Source: Utricularia gibba
Lineage: Eukaryota > Plantae > Magnoliophyta
Assembly: GCA_002189035.1 (NCBI GenBank)
Contig: NEEC01000124.1
Location: forward strand, 1 to 34,687
Direction: 5' to 3'
Length of the DNA stretch: 34,687 nt
How positions within the stretch are numbered: position 1 is the first letter of the stretch; every line of letters begins with the position of its first letter. The position numbers and the translations under genes were made by a program. Positions 12,401 through 22,980 of the stretch are shown here, one piece after another. The notes under the pieces were generated by a model that saw only the letters and a list, made by a program, of their open reading frames with translations, was not told the DNA's origin and did not search any database.

Positions 12401-13283
12401 AATGCATGTCGCATTCCTCATTTTTACGAATGAACATGTCGTGGGCATATGGTAACTTTGATCGTTGCAAAATCCTCAGGCCTTTCGATGTATTCATCCT
12501 ATTTGCTTCTCAGGATTTAGCCAGAGACATAAGAGAGTTCAGGAGTCCAACTGATGGAGAAACCCGCATGTTCTATGAGATCATCATCGCTCCCAAGTAC
12601 TCCGAAAAGGGCCTCGAAATACTCCGAGGGAAGTCCAAGAACTTGAGAATCCTCCAGGCAACCAAAAGCACCGGAGGAAAGATTTCACTGAGGCAAGTCA
12701 GCGGTGGCTGGTTGGTTCAGGAGGCAGATCAGCTAAGCCTGGAGGATATCCAGTTCAGTGTCCGCTCAGAGAAATCCCCACAGGAAAATGAACTCGACGA
12801 CGCCAAATTCGCATGGCTCTGCGTAAAACATGTGAAGAGCAACGCCATTGTCATAGCCAAGGTCTGCATTTCCCCTGACTTCCTGCACACTTCACTAGTT
12901 TTCACTGCAGCAAGTTTATTTTGGACAGAACAACTGCATGCTCGGTATGGGATGCGGCCAGCCGAACCGTCTCGAGAGCTTGAGGATTGCGATGAAGAAG
13001 GCAGGGGATAACATCACGGGAGCTGCTCTGGCCAGCGACGCGTTCTTCCCATTCGGTACATTTTCCTTCTAGAAGGCGTGCTTGGAATCCTCCATCACCT
13101 CTTAGTTTTGTGTTGTGGTGCATCGTCGCAGCTTGGAACGACGCCGTGGAGGAAGCGTGTCGAAGCGGCGTCGGCGTGATCGCAGAGCCGGGCGGCAGCC
13201 TGAGGGATCCCGACGCGGTGGACTGCTGCAACAAGTACGGAGTTGCACTCGTCTTCACCCAAGTAAGGCACTTCAGGCATTGA
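9499..13283 (+). CDS. purH: Bifunctional AICAR transformylase / IMP cyclohydrolase with N-terminal transit peptide, 12 exons, frame intact
   Basis: Exons 9499-9639, 9718-9814, 9923-9998, 10208-10304, 10465-10567, 10930-11063, 11339-11516, 11639-11793, 11956-12165, 12514-12861, 12929-13055, 13132-13283; phases are consistent. Motifs [65 protein letters not shown]. Confidence 0.96.
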
Positions 13284-13621
13284 TGGACGACCAAACTAGT
13301 GAACCTGATGGAAGAACGGGGGAGTCCATTTTATTTATTACTACTTATTTTTAAAAAAATAAAATTACATCATATCATTTTTAATGCATTAATTAATCAA
13401 ATAGAGAAATATCAATTTTTTAATATTATTAATCTAAGAATATAATATGTACGATTTATTTTTTGTCTTGTAATTTAAAATATATATTAAAAATAAAGAA
13501 AAATTATTTTTTAAATTACAATGTTTGAATTTTTTTATTTTATAGTTGAACACTTTAGATTATATAAAATAATTTTATCAATAAACTCATTTTATGGGTA
13601 TTCTGATAAAAAATTTGTCAA

Positions 13622-13839
13622 AATTAATAATCACAATTATCATTTGAGCTTCTTTCTTTTTTTTATTCAATAATTATGTGTTTTTTTCAAATAAATCATA
13701 AAAATTTTTAAATTATATTTGATTCAATAATTATGGTTCAGCACAATTATTAAAAATTATAGAAATTTTTTTGAAAAAAATACATAATTATTAAATCAAA
13801 AAAAGAAGTGAGTGCGAATGATAATCGTAATAGTTAGTT
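13622..13839. mobile_element. AT-rich fold-back (long inverted repeat), MITE-like
   Basis: Left arm aattaataatcacaattatcatttg...ttcaaataaatc is the imperfect reverse complement of right arm ...ttgaaaaaaatacataattatt...gaatgataatcgtaatagttagtt. No TSD identified. Confidence 0.6.
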
Positions 13840-14865
13840 CTTATGAGTTTTGGGTTGTAATGCTATAGAATGAATTTATTTGTAAATTTTTTGTTAAGAT
13901 TTTACATAATATAAAGTATTTAACTGTAAAATAAACATAAATCAAATATCATGATTTAAAAAAATATTTTCTTTAAAATTAATTATTATAGATTATTCCA
14001 ATTTTTAATTATTTATAATTTCTATTCAAACTTTCATTTAATTTTTACTTATTTTAAATTTCTTTATATTTCTACTCAAAATCCAACTTATTTTATAAGT
14101 TACCTTTGCCTACTTATCAAAATAAGTCATCAATTTTTTCAAATGTTATGCACACAACAACTACTTATTTAGATTCTACTCATTTAATAAATTATATTTA
14201 TAAATTAAGTAAAAATTATGAAATAAGTTGGGTAGATTATATTCTAAGTTTTTGTATAATATCAAACATTAATATAATCTCATTTGACCATATCATTTTT
14301 AATTCGACATACTTGATTATAGGAAAAAAATTAGATTTAATTTTTTAATTTAAAAAATATTTGAATATAATTCATTATATTCAATACTATTATATATTTA
14401 ATATATATTTTTACTTTTAAAATTGTTGTGTGTCTGGTGTGGATCATTTTTAAGGATGAAAATAAATATTTAATTGTATATATCATTTGATATTATATAT
14501 GAAATAATACTTTTGCACTGAATTTAAAAAAATGAAAAATTAAATACAATTAATATTAGAGAGAATAATTAACAATTTAATCGCTATATTTTCGTGACGG
14601 CTGCTGTCTAAACAAGCATCCAATCAATCCGTTAGGTCAAAATTCCTGATCCCTTTGTTTCGTTTCCAACTTGATTGTAGTTACCTTGTTTTTTCTTTCT
14701 TCGTCGTAAAGTTGACTTTGGAAGCGGAAAAGTTTCAGTGCATCATCTTCTTTTTGTAAGGTTTTGTGCGTTGTTTTTTTTTTTTTTTTAACGATTTGAG
14801 GAACGCATGCCCATGTTCAAATTCCTGGTCAGGTCGTGGGTGCTGAGCCGGTGGCAAACGCGGGA

Positions 14866-16577
14866 ATGGAAGGCGGTGATTGGAGGGGTCAGCTGCAACA
14901 AGATTCTAGGCAGAGAATTGTGAATGAAATGTAAGAATTAGGTTTTAAGTTTAGGTGGAGAGTGTCTTTTAAGACTTTGAGATAAGTATCAATTATGATG
15001 CTTTCGATTGCAGAATGGAGACGCTGAAGAGGCATCTTCCTTATTCTGGACCAGAGGGATTGCAAGAACTCAAAAAATCGCTGCCAGGTTTGAGGAGAAG
15101 ATATACATCGCAGCAACAAGCCAGGTTTAAATGAAATTTCCCCTGTTTCCTCCTGCGTACACGCTGAGCGTTACATGTATAATGACCGTTCCTGTTGTCT
15201 TTTAATTGGACATACAGTCAGATTATCTAAGAAAAATATCTATGAAGATGTTTACTATGGAGACAAAGTCTCAGAATCCGGATTCTATGCAGCCTGGTGG
15301 TGGAAGTAATTCGCAGGACCCAGGTACAGAATATCGCTGAAGTATATGAAAAGAGTTCTTTTTTTTTTGTTGTTGCCATTAAGAAGGTGACTCTCCTTGC
15401 TCTTGTGGCATTTGGGCTCGGTATATTCTCACCGGCACACCATCCCCTTTATAATGAGCCTCAACTTTTCATCATTGATGAGCCGATATACCTACCCATT
15501 CCGGCAACTTGTGTATCGCATACCTATGGATCCAATGGCATACTCCGAAAAATTTTCAACTCTTCTTGATTGTTGCAAATGAATGTGATTAAGGGGTCTT
15601 CTGGTGTTATTGTCCAAGTTGGATTTGATATTAGTGTCTGCTTCAAGTTATGGGGGATTGATTTCCTGACTGGAGCGGTTGATAACTTGCCAGATTTAAA
15701 GACTTTTTCCATAGCTGATTCCATGCATCGCTAGAATGCTGTCTAAAGACCATTTGAAAATCTAGTTCTGGGAAAGCTTCTAGTTTTCTTGCCAAATCAT
15801 AAAGTAAAGTGGTATTGGTATCCGAAAAGGGATTACAAATCATTCATCTTACAGGAAATATACGGAGCCCTGTCTAAAAGTTGTTTCTATCATGTTATCT
15901 GATTAGAGTCATAACACAGACGAATATCATCTTTTTTTTTATTATTTTTGATTGTTTGGAGCGAGCAGTAGTCTGCTAATATGTCTTGGTATTGCTTACA
16001 TGATTATTATCTGCACAATATGAATTGTTTTATACTGTTAATGCTGCCAGGATTTCGTCTCTGGTTATTTTTATCTTGAAATAAGTACTTGTACGCTACT
16101 GTGTTTATGATGATGCACTGTTTTATATGAGTTATTGTGTCACCATATGTTCAATCTCTCTGCATGCTTAACGCAGCTTCTCAAAGCATGCAGTCCCAAA
16201 TACAAAATCAGGTCCAACAACTTCAACTTCTGATGGTTTCCAGTCAGTCTCAGGCGCGGCTGCAGATTTCATCCCAGAATTTACATAATGATATTGCTTT
16301 GAATGGCGTTCCAAATTCTTCTGGTTTGTCATCTGGTCTTCCCGCTATGAGTGGCACCATGCCCAATATTCCTGGGCCAAATTCTAACATTCAGAACATG
16401 CAAAGCCTTGCAAATATGGCTTCTAGTGCAATTGGGAATTCAATGGGCCAAGGTATGCCTGCTGGCACCTATGCTAATCCGCAGAGGCAAGTTCAGAATA
16501 GGCAACCTGTTGCTAACCAGGAGCACGCACAGCACTCCCAGCGGTCTTATCAATATGTATACAATCAGCCGGTATTT
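14866..16577 (+). pseudogene. 5'-partial MED15a copy (exons 1-3 encoding the KIX domain plus the first ~400 nt of exon 4)
   Basis: Exons 14866-14930, 15014-15124, 15218-15323, 16177-16577 match the full gene. Exon 2 has A6 instead of A7 at 15072-15077 (frameshift), and homology breaks at 16577. Confidence 0.9.
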
Positions 16578-17805
16578 GTGACATTTTTTATGAGAATTAA
16601 AAAAAAACATATTTTATCATGTAACATAATTAATAATTAATAATATATTAATTTTGAAAAGAAGAATTTAATCCAAATAATTCGTGGATTTAAAAGTGTG
16701 CACTTTTTTTTTTCAAATCCTTGAATTTGTTTGTTAGATCATGGAGGAAGAATCTGCGTTGGAAGTCACTAATGAGCAGAAGATCGAATTCGCAAAATGG
16801 TTTTTGTTAAATTCTCCTGCTGGTGAAATTTCTTATGTCGCTAAAGGTTTGCAATTTGCTTTTGTGCTCACAATTGAAGCCTCAATAATGGATTTATAAG
16901 TCATTTTCTTGAAAATGCAGATGTAAGGGAGCTTTTGAGGGATGAGAAGCTGTTTGAAGCTGCTGCGGCAGAGGCATTTCCGATATACAATAAGGCTCAT
17001 ATGATCTGTCTTGAGTTTCCTGATAGAACCGGTGAGGTAATTTGAAACTACATGTTTATTGAAAGCGTGAAAGGTTGTTCTTCTTATTTCTATTGCTTTC
17101 TGTACTATCTTTGTTATAGCTGTTTGACAGTTTTTTAAAATTGTTTACAGAGAGAATATATCTTATCTGCCATATGCATGGTATCTTTTTAATTTACAGT
17201 TATTAGTTTTGTAGCTAACATATAAGAAGATCAGATCCCTAGAGAAATCGACAACTTGTAATTGATGAGAAATTTATTCTATGTTTTTTTTATTGTGATT
17301 ATGTTGGTTTGCACAAATATTTTTAAGCTACTACTTTGTTACCTACAAAATTTTTGTTAATTATGTAATTGTCATTATATTTTAAGTTTGGTGACTAATG
17401 TTGCATTGTTGCATCAATTCTCTTGGATTTTATATCATTAAAGTTTATATTTCGTTATAGGTTTTGATTACATCATACAATGAGATTGTTGAGAACGAAT
17501 ATCTTGATCCAAGGACTACCCAAGTTGCAATAGTTAACCATGTTAAACAGGTGAACTTGGTTTTTTCCTATTCATGGTAGCATGTGCATAGTTCATGAAT
17601 AAATTCATTTTCATCCATTTTTGGATTTTAAGCTTAGATTTTCACTAAAAATATGGACATTTTTTTTCTGGTTGCCGTGATCTTTGAGAAATTCATAGAA
17701 GGTTGTCTGATTTCTAGTGTGAGCCATTTGTCCAAGTCAGTAAATTTTATAGCATACGTGTTGTTAATTTGTAATTATTTTTGAGATTCAACTATAACCC
17801 ATTTC
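16576..17805 (+). pseudogene. Inverted partial copy of CPA (proximal promoter/5'UTR, exons 1-3, start of intron 3)
   Basis: Reverse complement of ~6962-5855. Exons 16741-16846 (MEEESALEVTNEQKIEFAKW), 16921-17036 and 17461-17550 have open frames and intact GT-AG sites; ~150 bp extra sequence at ~17600-17750. Confidence 0.93.
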
Positions 17806-17809
17806 TTAA

Positions 17810-18320
17810 AATTTTTCATTATTTATAATTTCTATTCAAATTTTTACTTAATTTTTATTTATTTTAAATTTTTTTATATTTCTACTCAAAATCCAACTTA
17901 TTTTGTAAGTTACCTTTGCCTACTTATCAAAATAAGTCATCAATTTTTTCAAATGTTGTGCACACAACAACTACTTATTTAGATTCTACTCATTTAATAA
18001 ATTATATTTATAAATTAAGTAAAAGTTATGAAATAAGTTGTGTAGATTATATTCTAAGTTTTTGTATAATATCAAATATTAATATAATCTCATTTGACCA
18101 TATCATTTTTAATTCGACGTACTTGATTTATAGGAAAAAAAGTAGATTTATTTTTTTTTAATTTAAAAAATATTTGAATATAATTCATTATATTCAATAC
18201 TAATTGCATATTTAATATATTTTTTTTTACTTTTAAAATTGTTGTGTGTCTGGTGTGGATCATTTTGAAGGATGAAAATAAAAAATGTAATTATATATAT
18301 ATAATTTTATGTTGTATATG
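17810..18320 (+). repeat. Third copy of a ~0.5 kb AT-rich piece of the purH-MED15 spacer
   Basis: Matches ~14000-14500 and ~22080-22590; the same spurious ORF MPTYQNKSS appears at 14106, 17916 and 22186. Confidence 0.9.
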
Positions 18321-18335
18321 AAATGAAATGATCTC

Positions 18336-18560
18336 TTCCTCTATTCTATCAAGGAACAGGTGAAGATCATTGTGGCATGTGCCGTTCTACACAACTTTAT
18401 ATGGAATGAAATGGATGTTAATCCATTTGAAAATGAACTCGATGATGAACATGAGGAAGATGATACCGAGCCAGATATTAGCATAGTAGAATCAACCCTT
18501 ATGAGATTGCAAGGAAGTTATATGATGAATGGAAAACATGACATATGCAGATTCAACTTT
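18336..18560 (+). pseudogene. C-terminal fragment of a PIF/Harbinger DDE transposase
   Basis: FLYSIKEQVKIIVACAVLHNFIWNEMDVNPFENELDDEHEE matches the Q..II.AC..LHNF motif ending DDE_Tnp_4-type plant transposases; the catalytic N-terminal part is absent. Confidence 0.75.
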
Positions 18561-18879
18561 GGTATTAATTCATTGTTGGTTTATACCTTTTCTTTATTAT
18601 AATATTTCAACAATGGATTCCAAATTTAGTTTCAATTGTTATCATTTTGTGTTTTTGGGCTGTGTTGACATTGCTTTTGGTTATTCATTATATATGCTAT
18701 TCATTATACATGTTTGTTTCTAGCATTAATTATAATGTTTTATAATATTGATATTTTAGTATAAATTATATATGTTATTTATAGAAGTACATAAAATAGG
18801 TATACTACATCTATTTTTATTTACATATTTTCTAATGTATTTTAAAACAAATAATTATTAATACTTTAGACAATTAATA

Positions 18880-19260
18880 TAAAATAAATAATACATTCAA
18901 TCATTAGAAAAGTATAAGGATATAATGCATTTTTTTTATTAAAAATAAATAATTAATAAAAATAATACATTCGATACTTATCATTTTTAAAAATAAAGTA
19001 TATTTTTTTAATGACAAAATGATGCATTCGATCCTCAAAAACATAAATATAGAATGTAATATTTTTATTAAAATAAATAATACATTCGATTATTATCGCT
19101 TCTAAAAATAAAATATATTTTTTATTATAAAATGATGTACTCGATTCTTAGAAAATATAAGAATATAGTGCATTATTTTTATTAAAAATAAATAATACAT
19201 TCTAATCTTATGTATTTTAAGGATTAAATGCATTGTTTATTTTATTAAAAATATTTCATT
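18880..19260. repeat. Degenerate AT-rich tandem repeat (~113 bp unit) inside the transposon spacer
   Basis: Motif aaaataaataatacattc recurs near 18881, 18957, 19070 and 19184 with similar downstream sequence. Confidence 0.6.
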
Positions 19261-20027
19261 CTATCCTTACATGTTATATGAGTTGAGTATGTTGTTTATC
19301 CATAACGTATGTGCGTTGTTGACTTACGTGGGTTACCCATAACCCAATTCTGTATGACATGCTGATGACATGGACGTGGGTCACATAACCCATGCCCATG
19401 TGCAATGCCGATGACACGAATGTCGTTCGTGTGAGTTGCCGATGGATGTGGATAACGCATGAGATTGTCAATGGACGTGGGTTATGTGTAACCCATGTTC
19501 GTGTTGCGTTTGATTATATATGTATATAATTTAATATTGTAGTATTAAATGAATATAAAATATTTATATCCATGTTAAATGTACAAAATAAAATTGAAAA
19601 TTTAATTGATTTGATTTTTAATAAATAAATCAAATCTTAATTGATTGATGTTATTTTATATGTGAATATGTATTTTAGTAAAAATAGTTATGAAAGAATA
19701 TTGTTTAATATATATTTATGACTATTATTTTTATAAAAAAGATATAATAAAATGACATATTTAATGAAATATATTCTAAAGATATTTAAAATTATAATAT
19801 ATTTTTAATTACATTTAAATGATGATTAGTGAAGCTAATTTTTCCCAACAAAACATTACGTAATACAAAAAAGGCAATCTTGTAATCTTAATCCATTGTT
19901 ATACATAATGCAGCAAAATAGACAACAAAACACATACTCCTACATAATACAAAAGAGATGTAGTGTGCAGCATCAAATCATTGTTTTTGGGATAATAAAA
20001 GAGGCAATGCTTCATTAAAGTTGTTTG

Positions 20028-20991
20028 TCATATAATCTGAAGTAGATCAACAACCCACTCAAGACGATTGTTCTCACTCATTTCAAGAAAACATTCTATT
20101 TTTGGTTGATCACTAAAAATCCTTGCATATACCTCGCCTTTTTGCTTAGCAGTCAAACCCATTGTTCCTACAATTTCTGGCACAGTCTTTCTATCATATG
20201 GGTTCCCACACATCAATGCAATCGTCATGGTGAACATATCCTTATTATTTGCAGCAATAGTATCTAGCTTCTGGACCAAGTTGTTCATCAATCCAATGGG
20301 ATCATCAAATGCCTTCCTCTTACCCAACCTTTTTGATTTTGTTCCAGCAGTCTCAATGCAGGAACTGCATTGATGGCTGAAGACTTTGTACCAAAAGATC
20401 CTGCTTCTAGATTACTGGTTGATACCTCAGGTGGCCCTTGAGGAGGTGCAAACTCATCAAGTCCATCTTCTTCATTGCATCCAAAACCTTGATCTCCACT
20501 TGCTCGATCTTTTTCAAATATCTCACACCATGCCTCATACATTGGGAACGATTTATCCTTTAGTGTAGAAAACTCGACCTGTCATGCTGCAAAACAAAAG
20601 TATAAAAATATGAAAACTTAAGGTATCTTAAAAGAATAGTTAGAGGTAGTTCACCTCTAAAAGCTCGTTCCATTGCTTGTCGGTGACATTTATCATTTTG
20701 GTTATCTGGTTGAAGCTATTTCCAGACCTATTCACAAAATCATACACGGCACTCCATTGATTCTTCCAAATTTTTATCTTAGATTCGATATGGGGTGTGG
20801 CTCGCAAATCACAATTTCGCAACTTCAATTTCAAAGCCATTTCTGGATCTTTCTGATAGTTACCCCTGAAACCATTTTCACAATGCCCTCCGTTAACAAT
20901 ATACTCACGCAAACAGTCAAGGAATACGTGCTCTTTGGCTGGAACCCATGAGCGTCTAGCACGCTTTGATTTCTATTGTGTTTTCCACCAT
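20028..20991 (-). pseudogene. PIF/Harbinger Myb/SANT-like DNA-binding ORF, frameshifted
   Basis: RRSWVPAKEHVFLDCL...NGF...PHIESKIKIWK...WNELLE, a GT-AG intron (~20652-20590), then KSFPMYEAWCEIFEKDRASG and a C-terminal LEWVVDLL; several frameshifts are needed to join the pieces. Confidence 0.8.
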
Positions 20992-21311
20992 GTGTGAATC
21001 TGCCATTTGCGGCTAAAGACTTGAGAAGCAGGCTTAGGGTTCGTAAAATCACCAAGAACGCTGCATTTGAGTAAACTCAACGCACATCCAAAATTCCCTC
21101 GATTTATTTCAGTAAAATAAGGACATTTTCATTATTTTAGATATACAAACAATTATCTCATCCCAATTATTACAATATAAATAAAACACATCAAAATACA
21201 TTCCCATTTAATCCTAACCTACTATCCTACTTAATTTTATCTTGAGATAACTTATCCCACGAACCAAACGCAAATGCAACCTTAGTTTTGTGTTGCGGTG
21301 CAACATCGCAG

Positions 21312-21403
21312 CTTGGAACGACGCCGTGGAGGAAACGTGTCGAAGCGACGTCGGCGTGATCGCAGAGCCGGGCGGAAGCCTGAGGTATCCCGAAGTGGTG
21401 GAC
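21312..21403 (+). pseudogene. Orphan purH exon 12 fragment
   Basis: [30 protein letters not shown] is preceded by the acceptor gcag; ~97 bp covering the rest of the exon and the stop (13225-13321 in copy 1) are deleted. Confidence 0.9.
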
Positions 21404-21711
21404 GAGCGCATTTTATTTTTTACTACTTATTTTAAAAAATTAAAATTACATCATATCATTTTTAATCCATTAATTAATCAAATAGAGAACTGTTAATTTT
21501 TTTAATATTATTAATCTAAGAATATAATATGGATTTATTTTTTGACTTGTAATTTAAAATATACATTAAAATTAGAGAAAAATTATTTTTTAAATTACAA
21601 TGCTTGAATTTAATTTTATTTTATAGTTGAACACTTTAGATTATATAAAATCCAATTAATAAGTTTATCAATAAACTCATTTTATGGGTATTCTGGTCAA
21701 AAATTTGTCGA

Positions 21712-21921
21712 AATTAATTATCACAATTGTTATTTGCACTATTTTCTTTTTTTATTCAATAATTATGTTTTTTTTCAAATAAATCATAAAAAATTTTAAG
21801 TTATAATTGATTCAATAACTATGGTTCAGCAAATTATTAAAAATTATGGGAAATTATTTGAAAAAAAACATAATTATTGAATAAAAAAAAGGAGAGCAAA
21901 TGATAATCGTGATAGTTAGTT
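21712..21921. mobile_element. Second copy of the AT-rich fold-back element
   Basis: Duplicate of 13622-13839 within copy 2. Confidence 0.6.
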
Positions 21922-22980
21922 ATGCTGAGTTTTTGGTTGTAATGCCGTAGAATGAATTTATTTGTAAACTTTTGGTTAAAATTTTACAAAATATAAAGTA
22001 ATTGACTGTAAAATAAAAATAAATCAAATATTATGATTTAAAAAATATTTTCCTTAAAATTAATTATTATTGATTATTCCAATTTTTCATTATTTATAAT
22101 TTCTATTCAAATTTTTACTTAATTTTTATTTATTTTAAATTTCTTTATATTTCTACTAAAAACCAACTTATTTTGTAAGTTACCTTTGCCTACTTATCAA
22201 AATAAGTCATCAAGTTTTTCAAATATTGTGCACACAACAACTACTTATTTAGATTCTACTCATTTAATCAATTATATTTATAAATTAAGTAAAAGTTATG
22301 AAATAAGTTGTGTAGATTATATTCTAAGTTTTTGTATAATATCAAATATTAATATAATCTCATTTGACCATATCATTTTTAATTAGACATACTTGATGTA
22401 TAAAAAAAAAACTAGATTTAATTTTTTTAATTTAAAAAATATTGAATATAATTCATTATATTCAATATTAAGTTGTATATTTCATATATATTTTTATTTT
22501 TAAAATTGTTGTGTGTTTGGTGTGGATCATTTTAAAGGATGAAAATAAATATTTAATTATATATATCATTTGATATTATATATGAAATAATAACTTTTGC
22601 ACTGAATTTAAAAAAAATGAAAAATTAAATACAATTAAATTTATAGATTGCTTATGGTATTATTAGAAAATATAATTAATAATTTAAAAAATGAAAAGAA
22701 AATCGCTATATTTTCGTGATGGCTGCTGTCTAAACAAGCATCCCAATCCGTTAGGTCAAAATTCCTGATCCCTTTGTTTCGTTTCCAGCCTGATTGTAGT
22801 TACCTTTTTTTTTCTTTCTTCGTCGTAAAGTTGAGTTTGGAAGCGGAAAAGTTTCAGTGCATCATCTTCTTTTTGTATAAGGTTTTGTGCGTATTCTTTT
22901 TTTTAACGATTTGAGGAACGCATGCCCATGTTCAAATTCCTGGTCAGGTCGTGGGTGCTGAGCCGGTGGCAAACGCGGGA

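Larger units (their letters stand above)
13102..16577 (+). repeat. Direct segmental duplication, copy 1 (purH intron 11 end, exon 12, spacer, MED15 5' part)
   Basis: Colinear with 21282-24712 from ttagttttgtgttg to cagc(c/a)ggtattt. MED15 exon 3 differs at 1 of 106 nt; non-coding parts are more diverged. Confidence 0.95.
18330..21281. mobile_element. Truncated PIF/Harbinger DNA transposon (right half): transposase tail, spacer, Myb/SANT ORF, subterminal region and putative TIR
   Basis: Contains both PIF-type ORFs in convergent orientation and ends in ttatcccacgaaccaaacgcaa(atgcaa)cc followed by TTA (21282-21284), the PIF-type TWA target. No left TIR found in the window. Confidence 0.8.

Noticed and set aside
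19320-19500. CRISPR-like reading of the repeated palindromes
   Set aside because: Only three degenerate units with irregular spacing, in eukaryotic DNA with no cas genes.
16576-21281. Pack-type transposon carrying captured gene fragments
   Set aside because: No left TIR at 16576 and no short TSD; the filler is flanked by a 3.5 kb duplication instead.
14106-22386. Three near-identical ORFs MPTYQNKSS (14106, 17916, 22186)
   Set aside because: TTG-started, AT-rich, non-coding composition; they recur only because the DNA is triplicated.
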